Part shown: positions 1-19,262 of the stretch, piece by piece
Numbering within the stretch: the stretch's first letter is position 1
Layout: every line of letters begins with the position of its first letter
From: the human T2T-CHM13v2.0 reference genome, Homo sapiens
Reading direction: 5' to 3' (one strand)
DNA length: 64,000 nucleotides
NCBI RefSeq assembly: GCF_009914755.1
Contig: NC_060947.1
Made by a program: the position numbers and the translations under genes
The notes under the pieces: model-generated
The model's input: only the letters and a program-made list of their open reading frames with translations
Databases searched by the model: none
What the model was told of the DNA's origin: nothing

Positions 1-129
1 GAAAATAAATATTCAATGATGAATTTAAATTATACTACATAATTATGAGAAAGAATTCAGTCATTAAAATTCAGTCATTAAAATAAGATCTGTTACTTAT
101 TGACATAAATTTTCATGTTGTTAAATTTT

Positions 130-2300
<2,171 letters not shown>

Positions 2301-3382
2301 ATCTCATATTCAGTGACCTTGATAATTCACTTATTAATTTCAATAGCTTATAGACTTTTTGGAACTTTCTACATACACAATCTCATCTATGAATAATGCC
2401 AATTTTATTCCTTCCTTTTCTGTCCTTATACCACTTTTTCCCTGACTTGTTGTAATAGCTAGGACCTCTGGTATATTGGTAAATAGATTGATACAGGGAA
2501 TCCTTGTCACATCCTCAACTGTAATGTGTATAGGAGTTTCTAAACATAATGTTTCCTGTAGGCTTTTAGATTAATCATATATCAGGTTAAGCAATTTTCC
2601 TTTCTTCCTAGTTTATTAAAAGTTTTATCCTTTTTTTCTTAATTTTGGAGGGATATTCTTAGACGTGATGGCTTTATAAAAGAGAATGAAAACAGGGGCT
2701 GTGTAGTATAGGAAATATTTGTAACAAAATGTTTGACTGCTAAATATCTGTGTATATTGAAACCAATTTATTTATTTTCCCTCCAAACGCATAACTGCCC
2801 ACTTTGTGGTTGGAACTTAGATATTAAATTTGTTGTGATTTAAGGAGTAGGTACATAATCTTGGAGTTTGATGTTTTCAATTCAATTGGTGGATTTTTCT
2901 CAGTGATTCAGAAAAGGTCAATGTTTTGGCCTCATAATTGTATGTTTTGTTGCAAGCCAATTCAATCACATATGAACAAAACAGGTCTAACATGATTTTA
3001 CTGGCAAAAGGCCAGCCAGCCTCTGCTGCAATCTTTTAATTCACAAGCTTTAAATGATCCTTTTAGTGGTTCTAGATTGGCTAGGGCTCTCTAGTTCTGG
3101 GTGCATGGGGCATATGAAGCACAGGTTCTTTGGTCAGCTTCAGTGAGTTTCACCGTTGTCTTGGACTATCCTTTGATAATCATACATAAATTAAAAATTC
3201 AGGAAATCATTTCCCTGCTAGAAATTAGAAAGTTCAACTCAACTTAGGCAAGAAAATTATTAGACTGTCTAGGAAATTTATTATTTCTATGATTTAGTTC
3301 AAAAAAATAGATTTAGTACCTTCTTCTTTTATTTCCAAAATCAAAACATCAAGGTGGAAAAGCAAGAAAACTAGTCAAATGA

Positions 3383-3604
3383 CTTTTCTTTCTTTTCCAA
3401 AGTTTTTTCTCTCTCTCTTTCTTTCTTTCGTTCTTTCATTCTTTCTTTTTTCTTTTCTTTTGTTTTCTTTTTTTTTTTTTTTTTTTTGAGACAGGATTTC
3501 CCTGTGTTGCTCAGGCTGATCTCGAACTCCTGGACTAACGCAATCCTCCCACCTCAGAACCCCCAAAGTGCTGAGATTACAGGCATGAGCCACTGCACCT
3601 GGCC
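3383..3604 (-). mobile_element. FLAM-like Alu monomer with a (TTTC)n-rich expanded tail
   Basis: Single left-arm Alu sequence at about 3488-3604, preceded by poly-T and a TC-rich tract. Confidence 0.8.
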
Positions 3605-4108
3605 TGAAGGTTTTTTCTTTGTTATGTATAAGAAGTGAGCTTTTTTTTTTTCGTTCTGACAGGCATTTTATTTACATTATATTATTGAATCCTCACAACG
3701 GTCCAGTGAAACAAGTACTATATTACTGTCTCCATTTTACCGGTAAAGAAACTGAGACACTGAGTGCTTAACAACTTGTCCAAAGTCATTCAGCTAGGAA
3801 GTGGCAGAACTGGAATTTACATGATGATTCATATGTTCCAGAGACTAAATTCTTAACCATTATAACGTATTTCAGATATATGTGCTATCTAGTAGTGCAA
3901 ATATACCTTTCTTTTTTTTTTTTTTAATAACAATCCTTTAGGGGAGAAGTTAATTTTGTATCAATTCATAGAAGAGGAAATTGAGAATTATAATGGTTTG
4001 CTAACCTGCCTAATCTTATACAAAAGAACATTAGCAAAAGAAACAGTAAAAATGTGTTTTGTGATATGGCACACAAAGGGCCTTCAACTGCTTTATCTGT
4101 CAGGTTGA

Positions 4109-4550
<442 letters not shown>

Positions 4551-4647
4551 TTCTCTCTCTTTTTTTTTTAATCCCCAACCTCAAGCTTTGAGTGGAAACC
4601 AGAAGCAGCACCTCACTACATTAAAGTTAGGGATGCTTTACTGAGAG

Positions 4648-5589
4648 CAGCAGTTCTCAACTAGAGAAGTTTTTGTCCTCTCACCTCCGGAAACATTTGC
4701 CAATGTCTCATAACATCTTTGATGATCACAACTTGGTGTGTGTGGGGGTGCTACTGGCATCTACTAGGCAGACACCAGGGGTGCTGCTAAACGTCCTACA
4801 ATGCTCAGAATTCCCCTCCACAAAATGGTGTCCAAGAGCTGGGTTGGGCGGGTGGAGAAAATAAGAAGAAGTTGGTCAAAGTACATAAGTTTTAAGTTAT
4901 AAGGTCTGTAAGTTCTATGGATCAAATGTACAGCATAGTGACTATAGTTAATATTGTATTGTGTACTTGAAATTTGCTGAGAGTACATTTTAAGCATTCT
5001 TAGCAAAATAAAAGTTAAATATATGTATTGGTCCATTTTGTGCTTCTAAACAGAATATTACAGAATGAGTAATTTATAATGAACAGAAATTTATTGGCTC
5101 AAAGCTGTAGAGGCTAGAAGGTCCAAGATTGAGTGACCTTCATGTAGCAAGAGCCTTCTTACTATGTCATAACATGGTAGAAGGCATCACATGAGTGAGA
5201 AACAGAGAGAATGGGTTGAACTCATCCTTTTATAAGAAACACACTCTCCCAATAACAATATTAAATCGTTCATGAGAGCTCTGCTTATGAATCACCTCTT
5301 AAAGTTTCCACCTCTCAACACTGTTGCATTGTGGGTTAAGTTTCTAACGCATGAACTTTAGGGAACACATTCAAATCATAGCACTATATGAGCTAATGTA
5401 CGTGTTAATTAACATGATTGTGGTAATTATTTCCCAATGGATATGTATACCAAATCATGTTGCACATTTTAAACATACAGAATTGTGTCAATTATGCCTC
5501 AATAAAACTGAAAAGATATTAAAACATTAATTTAAGAAAAAAAACATCATGGCTCAAAATGCCAATAGGGTTGAGGTTGAGAAACTCTA
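4648..5589. mobile_element. MER20-like hAT DNA transposon split by nested L1 and MaLR insertions
   Basis: Left end cagcagttctcaa, right end ttgagaaactcta, internal ctactggcatcta...tgctgctaaac. Degenerate 8-bp TSD actgagag/acttggag. Confidence 0.75.
5024..5383 (-). mobile_element. MaLR solo LTR (MST/MLT1A-like)
   Basis: TG...CA termini, about 360 bp, typical aatttataatgaacagaaatttattggctca. 5-bp TSD atata/ctata. Confidence 0.8.
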
Positions 5590-6139
5590 ACTTGGAGGTA
5601 TAATCATAAGTTGCCTTACATGGCTTGTTGCATGAGCTTACCTAGGACAATACCAGTTCTGTAGCTAGGCTACTGTCTCATAAATTCCAACAGCTTTAAT
5701 GCACTCAAGATGGCTCTTGTACACAGAAAGAATTGTCTCAAAGATCGTTTCCCAAACATTTATAGGTTGATATAATAGTTATATTTATAACCATGTATAG
5801 GTTATACCAACCTATAAATGCAAGTGGTTAATAATTTATTCAAAGAAATAAGAAACAAACAAGTGAAAAAGCAAGCCACTCCTTATAAGGGGATGGGAAA
5901 AGAGAGAGAAGCTCTGACAGAAGTTGATTCATACATTAGATTAGCTCTGACCTCATCTTTAGTAAATTGTATCCTGACATACAGATAATCAAATTCTTTT
6001 CTCAGATATTTGTATGGAACTCTTAGACATCAGAAAGAGCTACAACGAAGGTATCTGAGGATAAATATTCTATCTCAATGTTTTAAAATAAGCAAGTGTA
6101 CATCTAAAGATAGACTAATAGAAAACATTAAAATTGTTT

Positions 6140-6447
6140 TTTTTTTCTCTTCCAACTTTAATTTTAGGTTTAGTGGATACCTGTACAGGTTTGTTACATG
6201 AGTAAACTGCATGTCGGGAGTGGGGGTTTGGTGTATGGATTATTTCATCAGTCAGGTAATAAGTATAGTAACTGATACGTAGTTTTGGATCCTTACTCTC
6301 CTCCCACCCTCTATCCTCGAGTAGGCCCCAGTGTCTATTGTTTCCTTCTTTGTGTCCATGTGAACACAATGTTTAGCTCCCACTTGTAGGTTTTCTGTTC
6401 CTGTGTTAATTCACGTAGAATAATGGCCTCCAGTTCCAACCATGTTG
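6140..6447 (-). mobile_element. Truncated L1 3' end (L1PB-like)
   Basis: aacttttaattttaggttt-type tail region, gtacaggtttgttacatg and tttagctcccactt L1 3'UTR motifs. Confidence 0.8.
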
Positions 6448-9400
6448 GAACCACTGGGTGTAAGTCATTTTGCCTTACAATAATAGCTTTAATATAATAT
6501 ATTTTATATAGTTGTATAGGGTCATCAGGTGGTTTTTATTTCGACTTCTAATGTGCTCTGCAGTTACATATTGGTTTATTTTCAGAGTGTTCCTGGGGTA
6601 TTAATGGTTCATGGCAGGTTATTGGCTGGCTATAGAATCAAACATAGTATGAAGTGTTGGGGGAAAATGAAAATGATTGATCATAAGAGATATCTCTGTT
6701 TCAATTTAATCTTTCAAAATTTCATGTTGTGAAGTGGAAAGAGCTCTAGCTGTGGTGCCAGATAAACCTCAGTCTCACCTGTGGCTCTGCAATTTTCTAG
6801 TCATTGCAGTAAAGTTACTTAGCCTTCCTAAGCCACACTTTCCTCATCAGTAAAACAACATATTGAGAATTTCCACCTAAGAGTTTTATGAGGATTAAAT
6901 GGGACTGTGCATGTAAAATGAGAAGCACACATTCTCTTGCACATGTTAACACTCAAGAAGTGTTAGTTTTCTCCCATATAATCTTCACAGGAATTGCTGG
7001 AAGTTATGAAACCTAATATGCAAAACATTATGGAATTAACTTTATTTGGTGGTCTCTGTGACTATCTGAAATAACAAGAGCAGCTTGTAAAGACTTTCAC
7101 ATAGATACTTGTTCTGTAATTTGTATTACATTCTGATGACATTTACAACACAGTTAGAAGTAGAGGGTTGTGTACCTAAGAGATATCAGAAAACAAAGCC
7201 ACTAATTTGACTGAATGGCTGTATCAAAAAGTCATTTTCAATAAAGATCTGTAGAAACCCACAGAAAATCTTTCTGATAACAGGCAGTAAATTACAGTAA
7301 ATGTAGGATGCGAATAAACAGGTAAGACCCTTGTATATTTGGGACAGGGTTAGAGTTCCTAAGCCATACTGAAAATATTGCCCCATAGTTGTCACATTCC
7401 AAGAATTGCCCAGCCAGTTTGAGATAGAGTAAATTGGCATAATTTTTGATGATAATTTAGCAATATGTCTTAAATGTTAAAATAGTCATTCCTTTTTTTT
7501 CTCTAATCACACATCTAGAAATCTAACCTGAAGAAATAATTCTTGGCAATTTGTAGACGAAGATGCTCATTTAACCATGACTTATAACAATGAAGACCTA
7601 AAAAAATTATAAATCACCAAGAATAGGTCAAATAAATTTTGCTATGCCTGTGTGATAAGATGCTACGTGGCCATTTTTTAAAGATGTTGGCAAAAGAAAA
7701 TGTTTAAAATATAATATCACATACGAAAGAAGGGATCAAAAAACTTTTACAACATAAATTCAGTTTGATTTTGTTCACATGTATGAAGCATATACTCGAG
7801 CAGCAGTAGTTGTATCTGGGTGGAAGAATTGTAAAGGACTTTTGTTTTTGCATTATAATTTTATTTTATAAAAAATCTAACAGAAACACTTTTTATTAGT
7901 AGTAGAAAAAATAAATACTGTATGCTATATAGTTTTGGAATACTTAAAAAAGGTACAGTTTTATGTTAGCCCTGAGTAGTGGGCTAGCTTGTCTGTCAGG
8001 ACAGGGGAGGCCAAGTGTGTGAGCTGTCCAGCATTGGAGAAAAATCTAGAGCAACAACATCTTTAAGAGCCTAATTAATAAGTCAGTTGTGTCTAGCTAA
8101 TTTAAACAATAAGCTTGTGTGCCTGCAATTTAACTAATCTGTGTATAGTTTATACCCTGAAATTGCTACACTCTGTTGCAATTTTGCACTCCAACTAGTT
8201 GAGAGAGCACTAGTGAGCAGTAGACATAGAGCAGAGAGGGAGACAAGGGAGAAAGGAAGGGGAAAGGCTACGGGCCATAGGTCATGGAGTTCAGCAAAGA
8301 ACCGCCCTTCCCTCTGCTACCCAGCCATTACCTTAGATGACATCAGCAGGAAACTGCCTGCTTGAGGTTAGTAGCCCTATTTTCTAATACTCCCAATTAT
8401 CGAGAAGTATGGAGGAAGTATATAGTAATGCATAAAGTTTCTAGATTCTTTGTTTCATTTGTTGCCTTAAAGTTTGGACCAACTTTAAGGGTAGGACACA
8501 GAAGAATAAAAGTTTAGACTGGGATTCCAGGAGATTCACAGGCTTACAGGTGCATACACCACCCTCTTTCCTCCCTGGGACATTAGAAAACGCAGAGCCA
8601 TATGATTTGAACATTTTCTTTCTTTATTTTTTGTCTTTGCCTGTTTTTTTTTTTTTCTGTTGTTATTTGCCTGGACAGTCCAAGGGAGGCAAGAACATTA
8701 ATATGAGGGAGGAAGTTGTCAGATTACTACAGGAATAGGCTTAAATACCTAGACATGGTCATTAAATACCTACTGATATACTCCTCAATTACACTGACTT
8801 CTTTATCACTTCCATTTCTCTGTCCTCTTTCATTTTTTGCCTGTATAGAAAGGATGAGAAGATAAGATCAAACATAGACTAAAAAAATAAACTCATAGTT
8901 TTTCTCTGACTAGAAAACACATACATAATGATTGGAAATATAAGTTATTAAATATCTCACCACCTGAAGAAAACTGTTTCATATTTTGGCATAATTTCTT
9001 CTGAACTTTTTCCAAAGTATTTGTATATGGGTTTGCATTTTTTTCCATATCATTATATGTTCTTCTACAACAGACATTTTATCGGGTAAAAAATACAAAG
9101 TTTACTTAAACATTCACAAAATGTGTAGACATTCAGAGTGTTACTAGTTTTTATTGATTCCAAATATCACTACAATGAATAGCCTTCCAGCTAAATTTTT
9201 GTCAACATCTTTGTTTCTTTAGGGATAGATTCCTAGTATTATGATGTACCAGGTCAAATGGTATAAACATTCTTCGGGTTTTTAATTTATGTTGTCAAAT
9301 TGCCCTCCAGAAGTGTATGCTGATTTAAAGTCTCATCAACTATGCAAATAAATATAAATCAAGACTTTCAAACCACAAGAAATAACACAAACACTGTAAT

Positions 9401-10044
9401 AAAATTCAATTCTGACAGCCAAATAAATAGAAATGAGTCTCACTTTTGTCATTCTTCAGCCTTATTTCATGTGCTGGGACTGCAGTTTAACCCTCACCTA
9501 TTTTGAGATATCCTCAGATAGAATAAGGGTGTAGAATGAACATTGAATAAAAAATAAAATTCAAAATAATGCTAATGGTACTTTGGAAAATTCTCAAGTG
9601 ATTCTGTTTGTGATAACTCTGAAGGCTCCCTCCTACCTACAGCTTGATATTTAGATTCAGGTGTTTCTAGCCTCAGGCTCAGCAAGCGACAAATATGTAT
9701 TGAGCCTGCTATGCTCCAGACCTTTTTCAAGGCAATGGTGATACTGTGTTGAACAAGACGAAGTCCTTCCTACCTGAAGTTGCAGCCTGGTAATCCTACT
9801 GCAATAAGCCAACCATTTCTTTTACTCCCACTCCCACCACAAAATCTTGTGCTCTAATCAGACCTGTATTGTGCTGCTTTATACTCATTCTTACTTAATT
9901 ACAGTTATCTTGTCCCATAAGCCCTAATCCTTTCAGTCAAGGTTTATCTGAAGTCTCCTGTGAAGGTCCCCCCAGCTATTACAATAGTCTGAACAGTTGA
10001 TTCTGTACTTACACTTTAGAACTCGATTATTCATTGTCTTGAAT

Positions 10045-10471
10045 AATAGCAAAGACTTGGAACCAATCCAAATGTCCATCAATGATAGGCTGCATAAAGA
10101 AAATGTAGCACATATACACCATGGAATACTATGCAGCCATAAAAAGGATGAGTTCATGTCCTTTGCAGGGACATGGATGAAGCTGGAAACCATCATTCTC
10201 ATCAAACTAACAGAGGAACAGAAAACCAAACACCGCATGTTCTCACTCATAAGTGGGAGTTGAACAATGAGAACACATGGACACAGGGAGGGGAACATCA
10301 CATACCGGGTCCTATAGGGGGTTGGGGGGTTAGGGGAGGGATAGCATTAGGAGAAATACCTAATGTAGTTGATGGGTTGATGGGTGCAGCAAATCATCAT
10401 GGCACGTGTATACCTATGTAACAAAACTGCATGTTCTGCACGTGCATTCCAGAACTTAAAGTATAAAAAAA
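10045..10471 (+). mobile_element. 5'-truncated L1PA 3' end
   Basis: ORF2 C-terminus (DEFMSFAGTWMKLETII), G-rich 3'UTR, cagaacttaaagtata and A tail. Confidence 0.92.
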
Positions 10472-13083
10472 CAAGTTACATGCATGAAGTGTTATAGTTT
10501 CTCACTTTCCTCTTAAAGAGGGAGAGGACTTATTAAGGGTAAAGAGTAAAGGTAAAAGGGACTCCGAGATAACTGCTTGCCATAAATTGCAGGGCCTGGC
10601 AAAAAGGGGATGCTGGCTTTTCATTTTGCTTTGTTTTAACCTCTGCTTATCTGGTGGACCATCTTATTTGTCCTTTATGACTGAGCACCAGGAGAAAACA
10701 GCAGAAAAGAGATATTAGTGGAACAGTCGGAACTCCCAATTTGTCATAGAAAGTACATATGTGTTTCCCTTTGATCAAATGGATGACACCAGAGGTAGCC
10801 AGGCTTGAGTCTTCCTTCCAATATGCTACCCAAGTGGGCTATCAATTGATGAAGCTGTTCCCAACAGCCAAAGGCTTTGAGGTGTACTACCAGAGGCAGG
10901 AGCCGAAGGAAGCTTCGAAGAGGTTGAAATTCATTGTCAGATTAACAGTGCAGTGGGGGAGTCACTCACTTACATAGCTCCAAAAGACCTCACATGCACC
11001 CATTATTTGGATACCTGACATGCAGAGGGCATTGATGACCACCCATTCATAGCCAGAGAAGCAGTGACAGCTGAGCTTAGATTATACCAGTAGTGCCTTC
11101 TAACTCCAACTCTGCAGAGTAGAAAGGAACTTTGAAGAGAGAGGAGGAAAGTGCAGGTGGTATTCAATCACCACTCCAAGTCTCTTGAGTTGAAGTTTGG
11201 CTGTTACTGAGGGAAGGGAAGAAGTAAACTGGCAATGAATTGAAATTTTAAAATGGGTTACAATTTTTAAAATGAGCTGGACTTTTTAATAACTAAAAGT
11301 GATAAAAAAAAAAAAGCTAGAGGATATGCCTGAGGTGTTTTTAGGGGTCAGGAAATGCAGATTGAACACATCATGGTTAAAGGTAGTAATCTGAAAAAAA
11401 TCACATATTTGTACCCATCACAATTCAACAAACTGAATATCAATACAGATTTTTTTTTCCTAAAGGTACCCTAGTCAGAATAGGCAATAGGATTTAGTAC
11501 CTATCTCAGAAAACGTTGCTATTTTTTGTCTGTATCTACAGCATTTTTTTCCATCAAGAAGTTATGTAACAACAATGTGAGTGTTTTCTTCTGAACTACT
11601 TAACAAAAAGGACTAGGACACACTATACCTATTTCACTTGTAATACCTGATTGTAAGCAGCAACTCAAGCTGGTAAAATGATTAAATGGAAAGATACTAT
11701 GTAAGAGGTACTGTTTAAAATTTTTTCTGCATTTTCATTACTTCCTAGTAAGTTTTAATCACATAGCTCCCTTCATTTCTAGACAAAAAAGATCTAAATA
11801 AATGAGTCAGACTGTAACCCACACCGAGGCATTAGCTGGTGTTGTGTAATTACAAGACAGGTGTATCACCACTCCTAAGCCTGAAAACAACAGTATTTCA
11901 ATAACACAGGTCATGGGCCAGACCACCTGCAACTGATTGCTGCACCCCACTGATGTTAACAACTATAATAATACTGATTATACAGCTGGACTCCAGTTTA
12001 TTGTTTATGAGTCCTCCCTTCCATGGATATTGGTGGAGGTCCCAGTGCTAGTTTCATAAACTGATCTCTGATTGTCAGTTGAAAAGTCTATGGAACTGAT
12101 CCAATTGGCTTATGCACAGAATCGACCCTCTTCTCTTCAGCAGTCTCCTGAGAGGGATCCTCAGTTTGGAGCAGTGAGCTATCTATCCGGTGTTAAGGTG
12201 TTATCTCCTCAGGCTGGTAATTAATACTAATTAGCCCTTTGTTTGTGTTTTAAGGAGAAACTGGATAAGAGGGGAAAGGTGGAAGGAAGGAAGTCTTCCA
12301 AGAAAAAGAAAACAGTTTGGAAGAAGGACTGGGTGAAGCATGACATGGGGTAGAGGAAGGAGAAATAGAAGTAAGCAAGAGGGAGGAATACTAAGAGAGA
12401 AGACAATTTAATAGAATAATTGAGAAAGGCTGAGGTGGAAAGGAGACCCTCTGTAGCAAAATTACTGGGAAAAACTCAGGTTTTGTTAATACAACTGGGT
12501 TTGAATACCAGCCCCTATATATTCCAGCCCTATGACCTTGGACAAGTTATTTCACCTATCTCTGCCTATTTGTTAATATGTAAAAATGGGGATAGTAGTA
12601 CACTTGCGTGGTACAGTTGTTGTGAAGATTAGAAATAACACGCATAAAGTACATGGCATATGGTAGCTACTCAAAGAAAAGGGTAGCTGATATTGTGGTA
12701 ATAGTGGTTATTGTTATTGTTAGAAGCAGTCACATTATTATTGTTAGTGACAATATTATTTGACAGTAATAAAGCACAAGTTAATTAGTTGCCATGACAT
12801 TCAGCAAAAAAAGAAAGTGCATCAATGAAGGATGCCTCAGATAGCCCTCCATATGTCAGTTTTAGAAAGAAGCTAGAACATTGCTATGTGTGGTGAAGGA
12901 AAAAAGAATTGCAGTGTATTATTCACATATTAGACATCACTTTTACATTAAAGAACTTCAGGCAAGCAAGAAAAAGTAAATGCTATACTTTATGACTAGT
13001 TTTGTTTGCAGCACCTCCTTTTCCAGTGCTTTAGAATATGTAGTGACAAGATTTAAACTTTATTAATTAGAAAAACATATTGA

Positions 13084-13423
<340 letters not shown>

Positions 13424-13749
13424 TAATATAACTATTCATTAATTGTTTTTTATCTCTTCAAAGGACTCTAGTAGGTAGGTTAGGGTTCATAATAAATTAT
13501 ACTTTATGTTTGTTTTTATTTAAGAAGTTAACAAGAACAATTATTCCATGGATCTTATGAAGCAAATAATTTCCTGAGGTAAGAAAGTAAGAGTAGGCAT
13601 TTGGCTGTCTGAAAGGCCTTGGATTTAAGAGCTAAGATACATAGTTTTGATAAAGTTTATTTTTGTAAATGAAAACCGGCAGCAAGCATACCTTACAGCA
13701 ATGCATTTAAAAGGAGGAATACCAGTATACCAAAGGTGAAGTCTAAGTC

Positions 13750-16421
<2,672 letters not shown>

Positions 16422-18844
16422 TACTTCCCTCCTTTAATGCATCATTAGAATAGTATCAGGTAACTAGGTCATGTTAAAATTTTTTATTCATTGTTTGTTT
16501 AAAAAAATAGTCAAACAGCCACACTAGCTCCATTGCCCAGTTGATTTAGGTGTGCCTTATATTAAGGATTTGGCTTGGTTAAATATATTCAGGAAAAAGG
16601 GTGCATTGCATGGGTTGGTTAGTGAAGCACCCAAGTATTCCAGAGTCTCCGAACCTATTTGTTTGTTATACCTTAGAGAACAATATATGTCTATATTTGT
16701 TTCTGAGCCATAGCTACTGAAATCAGCCTTCACCTTGAGCACCTAGCACTGATTGTCCTCACTGTGGATCCAAACTTCTTGCAGGTGACACTTGTAAATT
16801 GACAATGTGAGACTCAGCTGGAAAGGAGGCATAAATGTTGTTTAAGTTGCGACCTCTTCAAAGAGGAAATATAAATAAATGTGTTCAGTCTAACTGAAGT
16901 GGATATTAAACAGAGTTTCATCTATGTGTGGTGCTCTATTAGATATGGAGGGTCAAGTGATGCCTAATTATTCCATGTTACCATAAATGCTGGTGGATTA
17001 CAGCAGGGAGTCAACAAACAGAATTTTCTAACATGTTACCTTATTTTCTTATAGTAAAATAGTTAGAGAACATAGGCTTTAGAGTTGGATCGTTTGGGCT
17101 CGAATATCAGATCTTTCACTTACTAGTTGTGTTATTTTGAGCAAGTCACTTAACTTCTCTAAGCCTTAGTTTCTTCATTAGTAAAATGAGAATTATAATT
17201 TTTCCTACCTCAAAGGGGTTCTGTGAAAATTAAATTTGAGAATAAATGTAGATCACTTAACATAGTACCTGGCTCAGTAAATAATGGTTTTCTTTTCTCA
17301 TCAGGCACCCTCTTTCTTCTACCTTCTGTCTTTTCCTGCCACAGCCCATTCCATGCCATGAGGCCTTTAAAGGTCTATGTTGTAGTGCTGATGCTGATGG
17401 AAACATACGTTGGAAAACTGTTGGGTAACGTATATTAAAGCTGAATTGATTATACCCTGTGATCAGAAATTCTACTCTAGTTCTATACCTAACAGAAATA
17501 CATACAGAAGAAATGTTAAAAGAAATTTCATAGCAGGAATATTCAAAATAGGTCTAATCTGGAAACAGCTCAAATGTTCATCAGTGAAATGGTTAAGTGA
17601 ATTTGGTATGTATTGTATAGTAGCATATTCATACATTGTAATATGATATAGAATGATAATAGGTGAACTACAGATCCATGTAACAGTATGAAAGACCCTC
17701 TTAAACATAAGGTTGAGTCAAAGATGTCAGACACAAAAGTGTATATATTACAATATTCCATTTGTTAAAAGTTCAAACACCGGCAAAACTAACTTACGGT
17801 GATAAAACTCAAGATAGTGACCAATCTTGGGGAGGGTAATAAGAGGCCTTCTGAGGTTCTGCTAATGTTGTTTCTTGAACTTACTGCTAGTTGCATGGGA
17901 GTGTTAAGTTTGTGAAAACTCATCAAGCTGTATATCTATAATTTGTGCATTTTTGGTATACATGTTACACTTCAATATAAAGTTTATACTAAAAGCTCTA
18001 TGTTATGTTACAGGCAATGTAACAAAAACATGAAATTTAACAAATTCAGCTTCCCTATTTGGAAAGAACCAATATGAAATTATGCATCAGGAGCTATTAT
18101 TTTCTTTCAAGATTCTATAGCATGTTATCCTTTATATTCTGTAGAAAGCAAGATTTGTGTTCTCTGTCAATTCACTAGTTGATACTGCTAGAGCATCATC
18201 ACTTCTTTGGCTGACAACAAAATTTTCTTTCTTAAATAAGTCTTGCTTCTTAGAATTATAGGAACCTTTTCTAGAAAAACTTACTAATGTTTTGACTATG
18301 GGTAGAGTCTGATTTTTAGTAAAGTGGTTAATGTCTGAAATCATAAACTTCAAATGCTTAATTCATGTTTACAAATTTACTAAAATAGGAATTTATATCA
18401 TTTATTTTTACTGTAGACCAACTAGTCTTTCTTCTTCATTCTTTCACACTTTCAGATGGTGAAGTTTAAAGAGTTCTTTCAGGAGAGGGCTAAAAAACAA
18501 TGTGGTTGCTCAATAAGGCATTGGGTTTCATGAAAGTGTTCAAAGGCCTTCTCTTTTATTTTTATTTTTTAATTACATATTTGATGTATATATTTTGGAG
18601 GTACATGTGATGGATAATTTGATATATTCATGTAATCAAGTCAGGGTAATTGGGATATCCATCACCTTAAATATGAGACTAAAGATAACTTCCATGGTTA
18701 ATGACATAATCTTAGTGAGAAAGAAGAATATGGGATGTAACTATTGGATCCATTTTTATTTTAACTTGTTTCCTGGAAAAAATCACAATTATGAGCTGAT
18801 TTTTAGTTGCTAGTGACTTATTACTAACTAAATCTTTCGATTGC

Positions 18845-19203
18845 TGTATTAGTCTGTTTTCACACTGCTATAAAGATACTACCTGAGACTGGGTAATTTA
18901 TAACTAAAAGAAGTTTAATTGACTCACAGTTCCACATGGCTGGGGAGGCCTCAGGAAACTTATGGAGGAAGGGGAAGGAGAAACAAGCACCTTCTTCACA
19001 AGGTGGCAAGAGAGAGAGAGAGGGTGCAGGGCAAACTGCCACTTTTTAAACCATCAGATCTCATGAGAACTCCTTATCACCAGAACGGCATAGGGGAAAC
19101 TGCCTCCATGATCCAATCACCTCCCATCAGGTCCCTCCCTTGACATGCAGGGATCACAATTCGAGATGAGATTTGGGTGGGAACACAGAGGCAAACCATC
19201 TCA
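18845..19203 (-). mobile_element. MaLR solo LTR (MSTA-like)
   Basis: tgtattagtc...aaaccatctca termini. TSD attgc/tttgc. Confidence 0.85.
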
Positions 19204-19217
19204 TTTGCTGACAATGC

Positions 19218-19219
<2 letters not shown>

Positions 19220-19259
<40 letters not shown>
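19220..19259. repeat. (TG)20 microsatellite
   Basis: Uninterrupted TG dinucleotide run. Confidence 0.97.

Positions 19260-19262
<3 letters not shown>

Noticed and set aside
54-84. 14-bp tandem duplication (aattcagtcattaa x2)
   Set aside because: Ordinary slippage duplication with no functional context.
6730-6970. MIR/L2 relics (also about 3680, 12500, 17050, 19810, 26110, 49980)
   Set aside because: Recognisable, but too diverged to give reliable boundaries by eye and unremarkable.
10173-10421. ORF nearly identical to 59074..59427 (MDEAGNHHS...), suggesting a duplicated gene
   Set aside because: Both are alternative-frame readings of L1PA 3' ends.
16554-16566. CCTTATATTAAGG as a CArG box
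   Set aside because: The spacer is 9 A/T rather than the 6 required for CC(A/T)6GG.
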